In this document: positions 30,001-44,399 of the stretch, piece after piece | How positions within the stretch are numbered: the first letter of the stretch is position 1 | Layout of the letters: the number at the start of each line of letters is the position of its first letter | Origin: Eledone cirrhosa | Taxonomy: Eukaryota | Direction: 5' to 3' | DNA: 64,000 nt | NCBI GenBank assembly: GCA_964016885.1 | Contig: OZ024746.1 | Coordinates: 48,794,001 to 48,858,000, forward strand | Notes under the pieces: model-generated | Database searches by the model: none | What the model was told of the DNA's origin: nothing | The model's input: the letters and a program-made list of their open reading frames with translations, nothing else | Made by a program: the position numbers and the translations under genes

Positions 30001-33000
30001 CAAATACAGTCAACTATAACCTCGTTCAACCTATAACAAATCCTACAAATACAGTCAACTTTAACCTCGTTCAACCTATAACAAATCCTACAAATACAGT
30101 CAACTTTAACCTCGTTCAACCTATAACAAATCCTACAAATACAGTCAACTTTAACCTCGTTCAACGTATAACAAATCCTACAAATACAGTCAACTTTAAC
30201 CTCGTTCAACCTATAACAAATCCTACAAATACAGTCAACTATAACCTCGTTCAACCTATAACAAATCCTACAAATACAGTCAACTTTAACCTCATTCAAC
30301 GTATAACAAATCCCATAACTACAGTCAACTATAACCTCGTTCAACCTATAACAAATCCTACAAATACAGTCAACTATAACCTCGTTCAACCTATAACAAA
30401 TCCCATAACTACAGTCAACTATAACCTCGTTCAACCTATAACAAATCCTACAAATACAGTCAACTTTAACCTCGTTCAACGTATAACAAATCCTACAAAT
30501 ACAGTCAACTTTAACCTCGTTCAACGTATAACAAATCCCATAACTACAGTCAACTATAACCTCGTTCAACCTATAACAAATCCTACAAATACAGTCAACT
30601 TTAACCGCGTTCAACGTATAACAAATCCTACAAATACAGTCAACTTTAACCTCGTTCAACGTATAACAAATCCCATAACTACAGTCAACTATAACCTCGT
30701 TCAACCTATAACAAATCCTACAAATACAGTCAACTATAACCTCGTTCAACCTATAACAAATCCTACAAATACAGTCAACTATAACCTCGTTCAACGTATA
30801 ACAAATCCTATAAATACAGTCAACTTTAACCTCGTTCAACGTATAACAAATCCCATAACTACAGTCAACTATAACCTCGTTCAACGTATAACAAATCCTA
30901 CAAATACAGTCAACTTTAACCTCGTTCAACGTATAACAAATCCTATAAATACAGTCAACTTTAACCTCGTTCAACCTATAACAAATCCTACAAATACAGT
31001 CAACTATAACCTCGTTCAACCTATAACAAATCCTACAAATACAGTCAACTTTAACCTCGTTCAACCTATAACAAATCCTACAAATACAGTCAACTTTAAC
31101 CTCGTTCAACCTATAACAAATCCTACAAATACAGTCAACTTTAACCTCGTTCAACGTATAACAAATCCTACAAATACAGTCAACTTTAACCTCGTTCAAC
31201 CTATAACAAATCCTACAAATACAGTCAACTATAACCTCGTTCAACCTATAACAAATCCTACAAATACAGTCAACTTTAACCTCGTTCAACGTATAACAAA
31301 TCCCATAACTACAGTCAACTATAACCTCGTTCAACCTATAACAAATCCTACAAATACAGTCAACTATAACCTCGTTCAACCTATAACAAATCCCATAACT
31401 ACAGTCAACTATAACCTCGTTCAACCTATAACAAATCCTACAAATACAGTCAACTTTAACCTCGTTCAACGTATAACAAATCCTACAAATACAGTCAACT
31501 TTAACCTCGTTCAACGTATAACAAATCCCATAACTACAGTCAACTATAACCTCGTTCAACCTATAACAAATCCTACAAATACAGTCAACTATAACCTCGT
31601 TCAACCTATAACAAATCCTACAAATACAGTCAACTATAACCTCGTTCAACGTATAACAAATCCTATAAATACAGTCAACTTTAACCTCGTTCAACGTATA
31701 ACAAATCCCATAACTACAGTCAACTATAACCTCGTTCAACGTATAACAAATCCTACAAATACAGTCAACTTTAACCTCGTTCAACGTATAACAAATCCTA
31801 TAAATACAGTCAACTTTAACCTCGTTCAACCTATAACAAATCCTACAAATACAGTCAACTATAACCTCGTTCAACCTATAACAAATCCTACAAATACAGT
31901 CAACTATAACCTCGTTCAACCTATAACAAATCCTACAAATACAGTCAACTATAACCTCGTTCAACGTATAACAAATCCTATAAATACAGTCAACTTTAAC
32001 CTCGTTCAACGTATAACAAATCCCATAACTACAGTCAACTATAACCTCGTTCAACGTATAACAAATCCTACAAATACAGTCAACTTTAACCTCGTTCAAC
32101 GTATAACAAATCCTATAAATACAATCAACTTTAACCTCGTTCAACCTATAACAAATCCTACAAATACAGTCAACTATAACCTCGTTCAACCTATAACAAA
32201 TCCTACAAATACAGTCAACTTTAACCTCGTTCAACCTATAACAAATCCTACAAATACAGTCAACTTTAACCTCGTTCAACCTATAACAAATCCTACAAAT
32301 ACAGTCAACTTTAACCTCGTTCAACGTATAACAAATCCTACAAATACAGTCAACTTTAACCTCGTTCAACCTATAACAAATCCTACAAATACAGTCAACT
32401 ATAACCTCGTTCAACCTATAACAAATCCTACAAATACAGTCAACTTTAACCTCGTTCAACGTATAACAAATCCCATAACTACAGTCAACTATAACCTCGT
32501 TCAACCTATAACAAATCCTACAAATACAGTCAACTATAACCTCGTTCAACCTATAACAAATCCCATAACTACAGTCAACTATAACCTCGTTCAACCTATA
32601 ACAAATCCTACAAATACAGTCAACTTTAACCTCGTTCAACGTATAACAAATCCTACAAATACAGTCAACTTTAACCTCGTTCAACGTATAACAAATCCCA
32701 TAACTACAGTCAACTATAACCTCGTTCAACCTATAACAAATCCTACAAATACAGTCAACTTTAACCTCGTTCAACGTATAACAAATCCTACAAATACAGT
32801 CAACTTTAACCTCGTTCAACGTATAACAAATCCCATAACTACAGTCAACTATAACCTCGTTCAACCTATAACAAATCCTACAAATACAGTCAACTATAAC
32901 CTCGTTCAACCTATAACAAATCCTACAAATACAGTCAACTATAACCTCGTTCAACGTATAACAAATCCTATAAATACAGTCAACTTTAACCTCGTTCAAC

Positions 33001-36000
33001 GTATAACAAATCCCATAACTACAGTCAACTATAACCTCGTTCAACGTATAACAAATCCTACAAATACAGTCAACTTTAACCTCGTTCAACGTATAACAAA
33101 TCCTATAAATACAGTCAACTTTAACCTCGTTCAACCTATAACAAATCCTACAAATACAGTCAACTATAACCTCGTTCAACCTATAAGAAATCCTACAAAT
33201 ACAGTCAACTTTAACCTCGTTCAACGTATAACAAATCCTACAAATACAGTCAACTTTAACCTCGTTCAACCTATAACAAATCCTACAAATACAGTCAACT
33301 ATAACCTCGTTCAACCTATAACAAATCCTACAAATACAGTCAACTTTAACCTCGTTCAACGTATAACAAATCCTATAAATACAGTCAACTTTAACCTCGT
33401 TCAACGTATGACAAATCCCATAACTACAGTCAACTATAACCTCGTTCAACGTATAACAAATCCTACAAATACAGTCAACTATAACCTCGTTCAACGTATA
33501 ACAAATCCTATAAATACAGTCAACTTTAACCTCGTTCAACGTATAACAAATCCTACAAATACAGTCAACTATAACCTCGTTCAACGTATAACAAATCCTA
33601 CAATTACAGTCAACTATAACCTCGTTCAACCTATAACAAATCCCATAACTACAGTCAACTTTAACCTCGTTCAACCTATAACAAATCCTACAAATACAGT
33701 CAACTTTAACCTCGTTCAACGTATAACAAATCCTACAAATACAGTCAACTTTAACCTCGTTCAACCTATAACAAATCCTACAAATACAGTCAACTATAAC
33801 CTCGTTCAACCTATAACAAATCCTACAAATACAGTCAACTTTAACCTCGTTCAACCTATAACAAATCCTACAAATACAGTCAACTTTAACCTCGTTCAAC
33901 CTATAACAAATCCTACAAATACAGTCAACTTTAACCTCGTTCAACGTATAACAAATCCTACAAATACAGTCAACTTTAACCTCGTTCAACCTATAACAAA
34001 TCCTACAAATACAGTCAACTATAACCTCGTTCAACCTATAACAAATCCTACAAATACAGTCAACTTTAACCTCATTCAACGTATAACAAATCCCATAACT
34101 ACAGTCAACTATAACCTCGTTCAACCTATAACAAATCCTACAAATACAGTCAACTATAACCTCGTTCAACCTATAACAAATCCCATAACTACAGTCAACT
34201 ATAACCTCGTTCAACCTATAACAAATCCTACAAATACAGTCAACTTTAACCTCGTTCAACGTATAACAAATCCTACAAATACAGTCAACTTTAACCTCGT
34301 TCAACGTATAACAAATCCCATAACTACAGTCAACTATAACCTCGTTCAACCTATAACAAATCCTACAAATACAGTCAACTTTAACCGCGTTCAACGTATA
34401 ACAAATCCTACAAATACAGTCAAATTTAACCTCGTTCAACGTATAACAAATCCCATAACTACAGTCAACTATAACCTCGTTCAACCTATAACAAATCCTA
34501 CAAATACAGTCAACTATAACCTCGTTCAACCTATAACAAATCCTACAAATACAGTCAACTATAACCTCGTTCAACGTATAACAAATCCTATAAATACAGT
34601 CAACTTTAACCTCGTTCAACGTATAACAAATCCCATAACTACAGTCAACTATAACCTCGTTCAACGTATAACAAATCCTACAAATACAGTCAACTTTAAC
34701 CTCGTTCAACGTATAACAAATCCTATAAATACAGTCAACTTTAACCTCGTTCAACCTATAACAAATCCTACAAATACAGTCAACTATAACCTCGTTCAAC
34801 CTATAACAAATCCTACAAATACAGTCAACTTTAACCTCGTTCAACCTATAACAAATCCTACAAATACAGTCAACTTTAACCTCGTTCAACCTATAACAAA
34901 TCCTACAAATACAGTCAACTTTAACCTCGTTCAACGTATAACAAATCCTACAAATACAGTCAACTTTAACCTCGTTCAACCTATAACAAATCCTACAAAT
35001 ACAGTCAACTATAACCTCGTTCAACCTATAACAAATCCTACAAATACAGTCAACTTTAACCTCGTTCAACGTATAACAAATCCCATAACTACAGTCAACT
35101 ATAACCTCGTTCAACCTATAACAAATCCTACAAATACAGTCAACTATAACCTCGTTCAACCTATAACAAATCCCATAACTACAGTCAACTATAACCTCGT
35201 TCAACCTATAACAAATCCTACAAATACAGTCAACTTTAACCTCGTTCAACGTATAACAAATCCTACAAATACAGTCAACTTTAACCTCGTTCAACGTATA
35301 ACAAATCCCATAACTACAGTCAACTATAACCTCGTTCAACCTATAACAAATCCTACAAATACAGTCAACTTTAACCTCGTTCAACGTATAACAAATCCTA
35401 CAAATACAGTCAACTTTAACCTCGTTCAACGTATAACAAATCCCATAACTACAGTCAACTATAACCTCGTTCAACCTATAACAAATCCTACAAATACAGT
35501 CAACTATAACCTCGTTCAACCTATAACAAATCCTACAAATACAGTCAACTATAACCTCGTTCAACGTATAACAAATCCTATAAATACAGTCAACTTTAAC
35601 CTCGTTCAACGTATAACAAATCCCATAACTACAGTCAACTATAACCTCGTTCAACGTATAACAAATCCTACAAATACAGTCAACTTTAACCTCGTTCAAC
35701 GTATAACAAATCCTATAAATACAGTCAACTTTAACCTCGTTCAACCTATAACAAATCCTACAAATACAGTCAACTATAACCTCGTTCAACCTATAACAAA
35801 TCCTACAAATACAGTCAACTATAACCTCGTTCAACCTATAACAAATCCTACAAATACAGTCAACTATAACCTCGTTCAACGTATAACAAATCCTATAAAT
35901 ACAGTCAACTTTAACCTCGTTCAACGTATAACAAATCCCATAACTACAGTCAACTATAACCTCGTTCAACGTATAACAAATCCTACAAATACAGTCAACT

Positions 36001-39000
36001 TTAACCTCGTTCAACGTATAACAAATCCTATAAATACAATCAACTTTAACCTCGTTCAACCTATAACAAATCCTACAAATACAGTCAACTATAACCTCGT
36101 TCAACCTATAACAAATCCTACAAATACAGTCAACTTTAACCTCGTTCAACCTATAACAAATCCTACAAATACAGTCAACTTTAACCTCGTTCAACCTATA
36201 ACAAATCCTACAAATACAGTCAACTTTAACCTCGTTCAACCTATAACAAATCCTACAAATACAGTCAACTTTAACCTCGTTCAACCTATAACAAATCCTA
36301 CAAATACAGTCAACTATAACCTCGTTCAACCTATAACAAATCCTACAAATACAGTCAACTTTAACCTCGTTCAACGTATAACAAATCCCATAACTACAGT
36401 CAACTATAACCTCGTTCAACCTATAACAAATCCTACAAATACAGTCAACTATAACCTCGTTCAACCTATAACAAATCCCATAACTACAGTCAACTATAAC
36501 CTCGTTCAACCTATAACAAATCCTACAAATACAGTCAACTTTAACCTCGTTCAACGTATAACAAATCCTACAAATACAGTCAACTTTAACCTCGTTCAAC
36601 GTATAACAAATCCCATAACTACAGTCAACTATAACCTCGTTCAACCTATAACAAATCCTACAAATACAGTCAACTTTAACCTCGTTCAACGTATAACAAA
36701 TCCTACAAATACAGTCAACTTTAACCTCGTTCAACGTATAACAAATCCCATAACTACAGTCAACTATAACCTCGTTCAACCTATAACAAATCCTACAAAT
36801 ACAGTCAACTATAACCTCGTTCAACCTATAACAAATCCTACAAATACAGTCAACTATAACCTCGTTCAACGTATAACAAATCCTATAAATACAGTCAACT
36901 TTCACCTCGTTCAACGTATAACAAATCCCATAACTACAGTCAACTATAACCTCGTTCAACGTATAACAAATCCTACGAATACAGTCAACTTTAACCTCGT
37001 TCAACGTATAACAAATCCTATAAATACAGTCAACTTTAACCTCGTTCAACCTATAACAAATCCTACAAATACAGTCAACTATAACCTCGTTCAACCTATA
37101 AGAAATCCTACAAATACAGTCAACTTTAACCTCGTTCAACGTATAACAAATCCTACAAATACAGTCAACTATAACCTCGTTCAAACTATAACAAATCCTA
37201 CAAATACAGTCAACTTTAACCTCGTTCAACGTATAACAAATCCTACAAATACAGTCAACTTTAACCTCGTTCAACCTATAACAAATCCTACAAATACAGT
37301 CAACTATAACCTCGTTCAACCTATAACAAATCCTACAAATACAGTCAACTTTAACCTCGTTCAACGTATGACAAATCCCATAACTACAGTCAACTATAAC
37401 CTCGTTCAACGTATAACAAATCCTACAAATACAGTCAACTATGACCTCGTTCAACGTATAACAAATCCTATAAATACAGTCAACTTTAACCTCGTTCAAC
37501 GTATAACAAATCCTACAAATACAGTCAACTATAACCTCGTTCAACGTATAACAAATCCTACAATTACAGTCAACTATAACCTCGTTCAACCTATAACAAA
37601 TCCCATAACTACAGTCAACTTTAACCTCGTTCAACCTATAACAAATCCTACAAATACAGTAAACTTTAACCTCGTTCAACGTATAACAAATCCTACAAAT
37701 ACAGTCAACTTTAACCTCGTTCAACCTATAACAAATCCTACAAATACAGTCAACTTTAACCTCGTTCAACGTATAACAAATCCTACAAATACAGTCAACT
37801 TTAACCTCGTTCAACCTATAACAAATCCTACAAATACAGTCAACTTTAACCTCGTTCAACCTATAACAAATCCTACAAATACAGTCAACTTTAACCTCGT
37901 TCAACCTATAACAAATCCTACAAATACAGTCAACTTTAACCTTGTTCAACCTATAACAAATCCTACAAATACAGTCAACTTTAACCTCGTTCAACCTATA
38001 ACAAATCCTACAAATACAGTCAACTATAACCTCGTTCAACCTATAACAAATCCTACAAATACAGTCAACTTTAACCTCGTTCAACGTATAACAAATCCTA
38101 CAAATACAGTCAACTATAACCTCGTTCAACCTATAACAAATCCTACAAATACAGTCAACTTTAACCTCGTTCAACCTATAACAAATCCTACAACTACAGT
38201 CAACTATAACCTCGTTCAACCTATAACAAATCCTACAAATACAGTCAACTATAACCTCGTTCAACCTATAACAAATCCTACAAATACAGTCAACTTTAAC
38301 CTCGTTCAACGTATAACAAATCCCATAACTACAGTCAACTATAACTTCGTTCAACCTATAACAAATCCTACAAATACAGTCAACTTTAACCTCGTTCAAC
38401 GTATAACAAATCCTACAAATACAGTCAACTTTAACCTCGTTCAACGTATAACAAATCCCATAACTACAGTCAACTATAACCTCGTTCAACCTATAACAAA
38501 TCCTACAAATACAGTCAACTTTAACCTCGTTCAACGTATAACAAATCCCATAACTACAGTCAACTTTAACCTCGTTCAACCTATAACAAATCCTACAAAT
38601 ACAGTCAACTTTAACCTCGTTCAACGTATAACAAATCCCATAACTACAGTCAACTTTAACCTCGTTCAACGTATAACAAATCCTACAAATACAGTCAACT
38701 TTAACCTCGTTCAACCTATAACAAATCCTACAAATACAGTCAACTTTAACCTCGTTCAACCTATAACAAATCCTACAAATACAGTCAACTTTAACCTCGT
38801 TCAACCTATAACAAATCCTACAAATACAGTCAACTTTAACCTCGTTCAACGTATAACAAATCCTATAACTACAGTCAACTATAACCTCGTTCAACCTATA
38901 ACAAATCCCATAACTACAGTCAACTATAACCTCGTTCAACCTATAACAAATCCTACAAATACAGTCAACTTTAACCTCGTTCAACGTATAACAAATCCTA

Positions 39001-41705
39001 CAAATACAGTCAACTTTAACCTCGTTCAACGTATAACAAATCCCATAACTACAGTCAACTATAACCTCGTTCAACCTATAACAAATCCTACAAATACAGT
39101 CAACTTTAACCTCGTTCAACGTATAACAAATCCTACAAATACAGTCAACTTTAACCTCGTTCAACGTATAACAAATCCCATAACTACAGTCAACTATAAC
39201 CTCGTTCAACCTATAACAAATCCTACAAATACAGTCATCTATAACCTCGTTCAACCTATAACAAATCCTACAAATACAGTCAACTATAACCTCGTTCAAC
39301 GTATAACAAATCCTATAAATACAGTCAACTTTAACCTCGTTCAACGTATAACAAATCCCATAACTGCAGTCAACTATAACCTCGTTCAACGTATAACAAA
39401 TCCTACAAATACAGTCAACTTTAACCTCGTTCAACGTATAACAAATCCTATAAATACAGTCAACTTTAACCTCGTTCAACCTATAACAAATCCTACAAAT
39501 ACAGTCAACTATAACCTCGTTCAACCTATAACAAATCCTACAAATACAGTCAACTATAACCTCGTTCAACCTATAACAAATCCTACAAATACAGTCAACT
39601 ATAACCTCGTTCAACGTATAACAAATCCTATAAATACAGTCAACTTTAACCTCGTTCAACGTATAACAAATCCCATAACTACAGTCAACTATAACCTCGT
39701 TCAACGTATAACAAATCCTACAAATACAGTCAACTTTAACCTCGTTCAACGTATAACAAATCCTATAAATACAATCAACTTTAACCTCGTTCAACCTATA
39801 ACAAATCCTACAAATACAGTCAACTATAACCTCGTTCAACCTATAACAAATCCTACAAATACAGTCAACTTTAACCTCGTTCAACCTATAACAAATCCTA
39901 CAAATACAGTCAACTTTAACCTCGTTCAACCTATAACAAATCCTACAAATACAGTCAACTTTAACCTCGTTCAACGTATAACAAATCCTACAAATACAGT
40001 CAACTTTAACCTCGTTCAACCTATAACAAATCCTACAAATACAGTCAACTATAACCTCGTTCAACCTATAACAAATCCTACAAATACAGTCAACTTTAAC
40101 CTCGTTCAACGTATAACAAATCCCATAACTACAGTCAACTATAACCTCGTTCAACCTATAACAAATCCTACAAATACAGTCAACTTTAACCTCGTTCAAC
40201 CTATAACAAATCCTACAACTACAGTCAACTATAACCTCGTTCAACCTATAACAAATCCTACAAATACAGTCAACTATAACCTCGTTCAACCTATAACAAA
40301 TCCTACAAATACAGTCAACTTTAACCTCGTTCAACGTATAACAAATCCCATAACTACAGTCAACTATAACCTCGTTCAACCTATAACAAATCCTACAAAT
40401 ACAGTCAACTTTAACCTCGTTCAACGTATAACAAATCCTACAAATACAGTCAACTTTAACCTCGTTCAACGTATAACAAATCCCATAACTACAGTCAACT
40501 ATAACCTCGTTCAACCTATAACAAATCCTACAAATACAGTCAACTTTAACCTCGTTCAACGTATAACAAATCCCATAACTACAGTCAACTTTAACCTCGT
40601 TCAACCTATAACAAATCCTACAAATACAGTCAACTTTAACCTCGTTCAACGTATAACAAATCCCATAACTACAGTCAACTTTAACCTCGTTCAACGTATA
40701 ACAAATCCTACAAATACAGTCAACTTTAACCTCGTTCAACCTATAACAAATCCTACAAATACAGTCAACTTTAACCTCGTTCAACCTATAACAAATCCTA
40801 CAAATACAGTCAACTTTAACCTCGTTCAACGTATAACAAATCCCATAACTACAGTCAACTATAACCTCGTTCAACCTATAACAAATCCTACAAATACAGT
40901 CAACTTTAACCTCGTTCAACCTATAACAAATCCTACAACTACAGTCAACTATAACCTCGTTCAACCTATAACAAATCCTACAAATACAGTCAACTATAAC
41001 CTCGTTCAACCTATAACAAATCCTACAAATACAGTCAACTTTAACCTCGTTCAACGTATAACAAATCCCATAACTACAGTCAACTATAACCTCGTTCAAC
41101 CTATAACAAATCCTACAAATACAGTCAACTTTAACCTCGTTCAACGTATAACAAATCCTACAAATACAGTCAACTTTAACCTCGTTCAACGTATAACAAA
41201 TCCCATAACTACAGTCAACTATAACCTCGTTCAACCTATAACAAATCCTACAAATACAGTCAACTTTAACCTCGTTCAACGTATAACAAATCCCATAACT
41301 ACAGTCAACTTTAACCTCGTTCAACCTATAACAAATCCTACAAATACAGTCAACTTTAACCTCGTTCAACGTATAACAAATCCCATAACTACAGTCAACT
41401 TTAACCTCGTTCAACGTATAACAAATCCTACAAATACAGTCAACTTTAACCTCGTTCAACCTATAACAAATCCTACAAATACAGTCAACTTTAACCTCGT
41501 TCAACCTATAACAAATCCTACAAATACAGTCAACTTTAACCTCGTTCAACCTATAACAAATCCTACAAATACAGTCAACTTTAACCTCGTTCAACGTATA
41601 ACAAATCCTATAACTACAGTCAACTATAACCTCGTTCAACCTATAACAAATCCCATAACTACAGTCAACTATAACCTCGTTCAACCTATAACAAATCTCA
41701 CAAAT
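1..41705. repeat. 45-bp tandem satellite array (~927 monomers; runs off the left edge of the window)
   Basis: Head-to-tail monomer ACAGTCAACTWTAACCTCGTTCAACSTATAACAAATCCYAYAAMT read directly throughout. Only a few recurrent variant sites and eight 1-bp deletions (~2256, 3387, 4999, 5583, 6714, 8371, 9502, 21781). Confidence 0.99.
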
Positions 41706-41820
41706 GGTTTCTGATTTAGGCACAAGGCCAGTAATTTTGGGGGAGGGGAAAGTCGATTAAATCGACCCCAGTGCATTACTGGTACTTCATTTTATCGACC
41801 CCTTAAGGATGAAAGGCAAA
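41703..41820 (-). mobile_element. tRNA-derived SINE (family A), 5'-truncated, 3' end abutting the satellite
   Basis: GGCACAAGGCCAG...GGGGAGGGG...GTCGATTAAATCGACCCCAGTG...TTTTATCGACCCC...GGATGAAAGGCAAA, matching the copies at 43.4, 48.5, 52.2 and 57.8 kb. Confidence 0.9.
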
Positions 41821-42737
41821 TTCATAAATGACAAAACATTACCAAAGATTTGTTTGTATGCTTAATACGTTAACAGGGGTTGAACTTAATGTTTTAAATT
41901 AATATTTATATTTTGATTTGAACAAATATCTGTTTAATAATAACAAGTGAATTAGAAACCAATATTATGAGTTACAACACATAACTTGCTATTAAATTGG
42001 ACGGGATCTGTCCGCCGGGGCCGTGGGGTGGCCAGCGCGTGGAACCGCATTTGCTCATAATAGTGATAGATGGGGAGGGTGAGAGAGATGGAGCCGATGA
42101 CAGTGGGAGTTCAACTCCTCTATGATTGGACCAGCTGTACGTGTATGTGTATGTTTACTTCTATGCATTCGACAATTTCTGGTAGAGACGTTAATCAGTG
42201 GGGCTAGTAGTTTTTCAAAGTCTATACACATATAGCTCATATAAATGTTGTTCCTTTTCGTACTAATTGTCACCTAAATTCTATGACGTCTGTCATAGGA
42301 ATTATTTGTACTTGTTTAATTTCATATTTCAGCATTTTATCCCTATAAATGTACCCGTTCCACTTGCTTAATTTGTATTTACACGGGAAAGAACTCTTTA
42401 CAAATTCCTATTTACATATTCCAAAACATATTTTATCTTTTCGTCAACTTTGCTTCTCATTGCAGTAGCCTATACTTTTGTTATTGGTAATTTCTTTAGG
42501 TACCCCGTGTTTCTTGGTACTGTTATATCCCATTGAATATAGAAAATTACGCTCGTATCTTTTATACTCGTTTTTATTTTGTGTGTCTGTTTATTCGGTG
42601 TTAACCATAGTTTTATAAGTTATCCATGAGGCTGGTATGTTACGTAACATATTGTGGGAGGCTGATAAGGCAAACATTGTCTCAGTTTAGAAATGTAGAA
42701 AATCTTCAACGCAAGATAATATCTACAATGTTTATTT

Positions 42738-42853
<116 letters not shown>

Positions 42854-43424
42854 TGTCAGTATTTTAAATGTAGAAAATTTCAGTTCGGGCAGGGGGAGGT
42901 GTACATTTTTTTACCTGGGTTTACCCTACTCTGTCCTTTGCAGTATTCTGAAAATGATCGGTCGAAAAGAGATACAACCCAGATATGGTTGATTGAATTA
43001 TAAAAATTGATCATACATGGTATCAGATTAGAGGTTTTGCTTCCGTATGTGTATATTTTTGGTTTAATTTAACTGAGAGGCACTTATCTTGACCAGTGAT
43101 TTTTGGACCATCAAATTCTCTTTCATGTTAAAAGCATTGAAAACAAATCTATACTCATTGTATTTACTAAATCGCGTTCCCATCCAAGAAGTTATGTTAC
43201 TTATGTCCCCATCCAAGTAGTTATGTTACTTACCAGAATCCGTTGTATTCAGCAATTTGGATTGCCATAATCAGTAGAGTGTCGCAAGAGGTATCTTGTG
43301 ATAAATTCCTAATTTGTTTTTGCTTTTGTTTAATATATAAATACCCATTATTGTATCAATGTAAGAGATAATGTTATTATTTAGTTTTAGTTTTAACAAC
43401 ATGAGTTACAATAGCGATAATAGA

Positions 43425-43650
43425 AATAATAATTCTTTCTACTTTGGACACAAGGTCAGCAATTTGAAGGGGAGGGATAAGTCGATTAAATCGACCCCAG
43501 TGCATTACTGGTGCTTTATTTTATCGACCTCGTTAGGATGAAAGGTAAAGCTAACCTCGGCGGGATTTGAATTCAGAACGTAAAGGGTCATCATCCTATG
43601 CTGCAAAGCATGGTGTCCGATGCTCTACCGATTCTACCAATCCACCGACC
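43425..43650 (-). mobile_element. tRNA-derived SINE (family A), near full length
   Basis: Minus strand has an A-box-like TGGTAGAATCGG, a B-box-like TTCAAATCC, a body shared with the other copies and a short (ATT)n-like tail. Confidence 0.9.
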
Positions 43651-44399
43651 GATAACAACAATAATAATACTAGGAGCAGTAATGTAGTTAATTTGGGTTA
43701 AAATATTCAATGAATTTATGCAGCCTTAACAGATTTAAATTATCAATAATTATGCAGTGGTAGAAAAAACAATATTATTCATTACTTTAATTATTTCAGC
43801 AAGTAAGGGAGACAACTGACATGTCTCGTCAATGAAGCATAATCTTCAGAGTGTTTGCTGAAATTGTGATAACAAAAACACTAATGTACACAAGTTGACG
43901 TAGAAAAACAGAATTATTTAGAGAATATATATAACATCAGAGACGCAGTACGTATGAAAAGCAATACTTAAGTCAGTGTTAAGATATTCAACGCAGCAAG
44001 CATTGACGTATTTCTATCATACAAACAAGTATAAATTCAAATATCATGTCTTGACTTCTGTATTCTCTATGGTGTTACACGTATTCCGTACTTCAATAGA
44101 ATTGTATAAATCATGTCCAGTGCACAGTTTAAAATCTGTGATAAATGGAAGTAATGAATAACGATAAAATATCAAGTGAGATTTCTGTATTTGGCAGTAT
44201 CATTTTCTTTATTTTACAAACGATGTCTAGGGAAATCAAGTACCAGGAAAGTAATACATTACCAATACATTACCACAAAGAGGGGACGACAAACACTATT
44301 ACCACTAGGAAAATACAACCAGCATCCTAGCAAGATCAACAATAACACTACAGCAGGTCTGGGTATCGGTTACAAGATAATAACAGTATATATTATATT

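Noticed and set aside
1-41705. CRISPR array
   Set aside because: No unique spacers, no cas genes, eukaryotic TE context
521-41714. Giant + strand ORFs of (ITNPTNTVNFNLVQP)n as a mucin-like or solenoid protein
   Set aside because: A 45-bp stop-free monomer gives long ORFs automatically. Common variants are mostly non-synonymous, frameshifting deletions are propagated, and there is no unique N- or C-terminal domain.
2224-41723. Giant - strand Cys-rich ORFs (LNEVKVDCICRICYR)n as a metal-binding protein
   Set aside because: Same artefact. Starts are TTG/GTG (the 41723 start lies inside a SINE), the frame is interrupted by frameshifts, and both strands being open argues against coding.
43551-43570. 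Satellite derived from the SINE (shared TAACCTCG and CAAATCCC)
   Set aside because: Only 8-9-bp matches, on opposite strands and not collinear; compatible with chance
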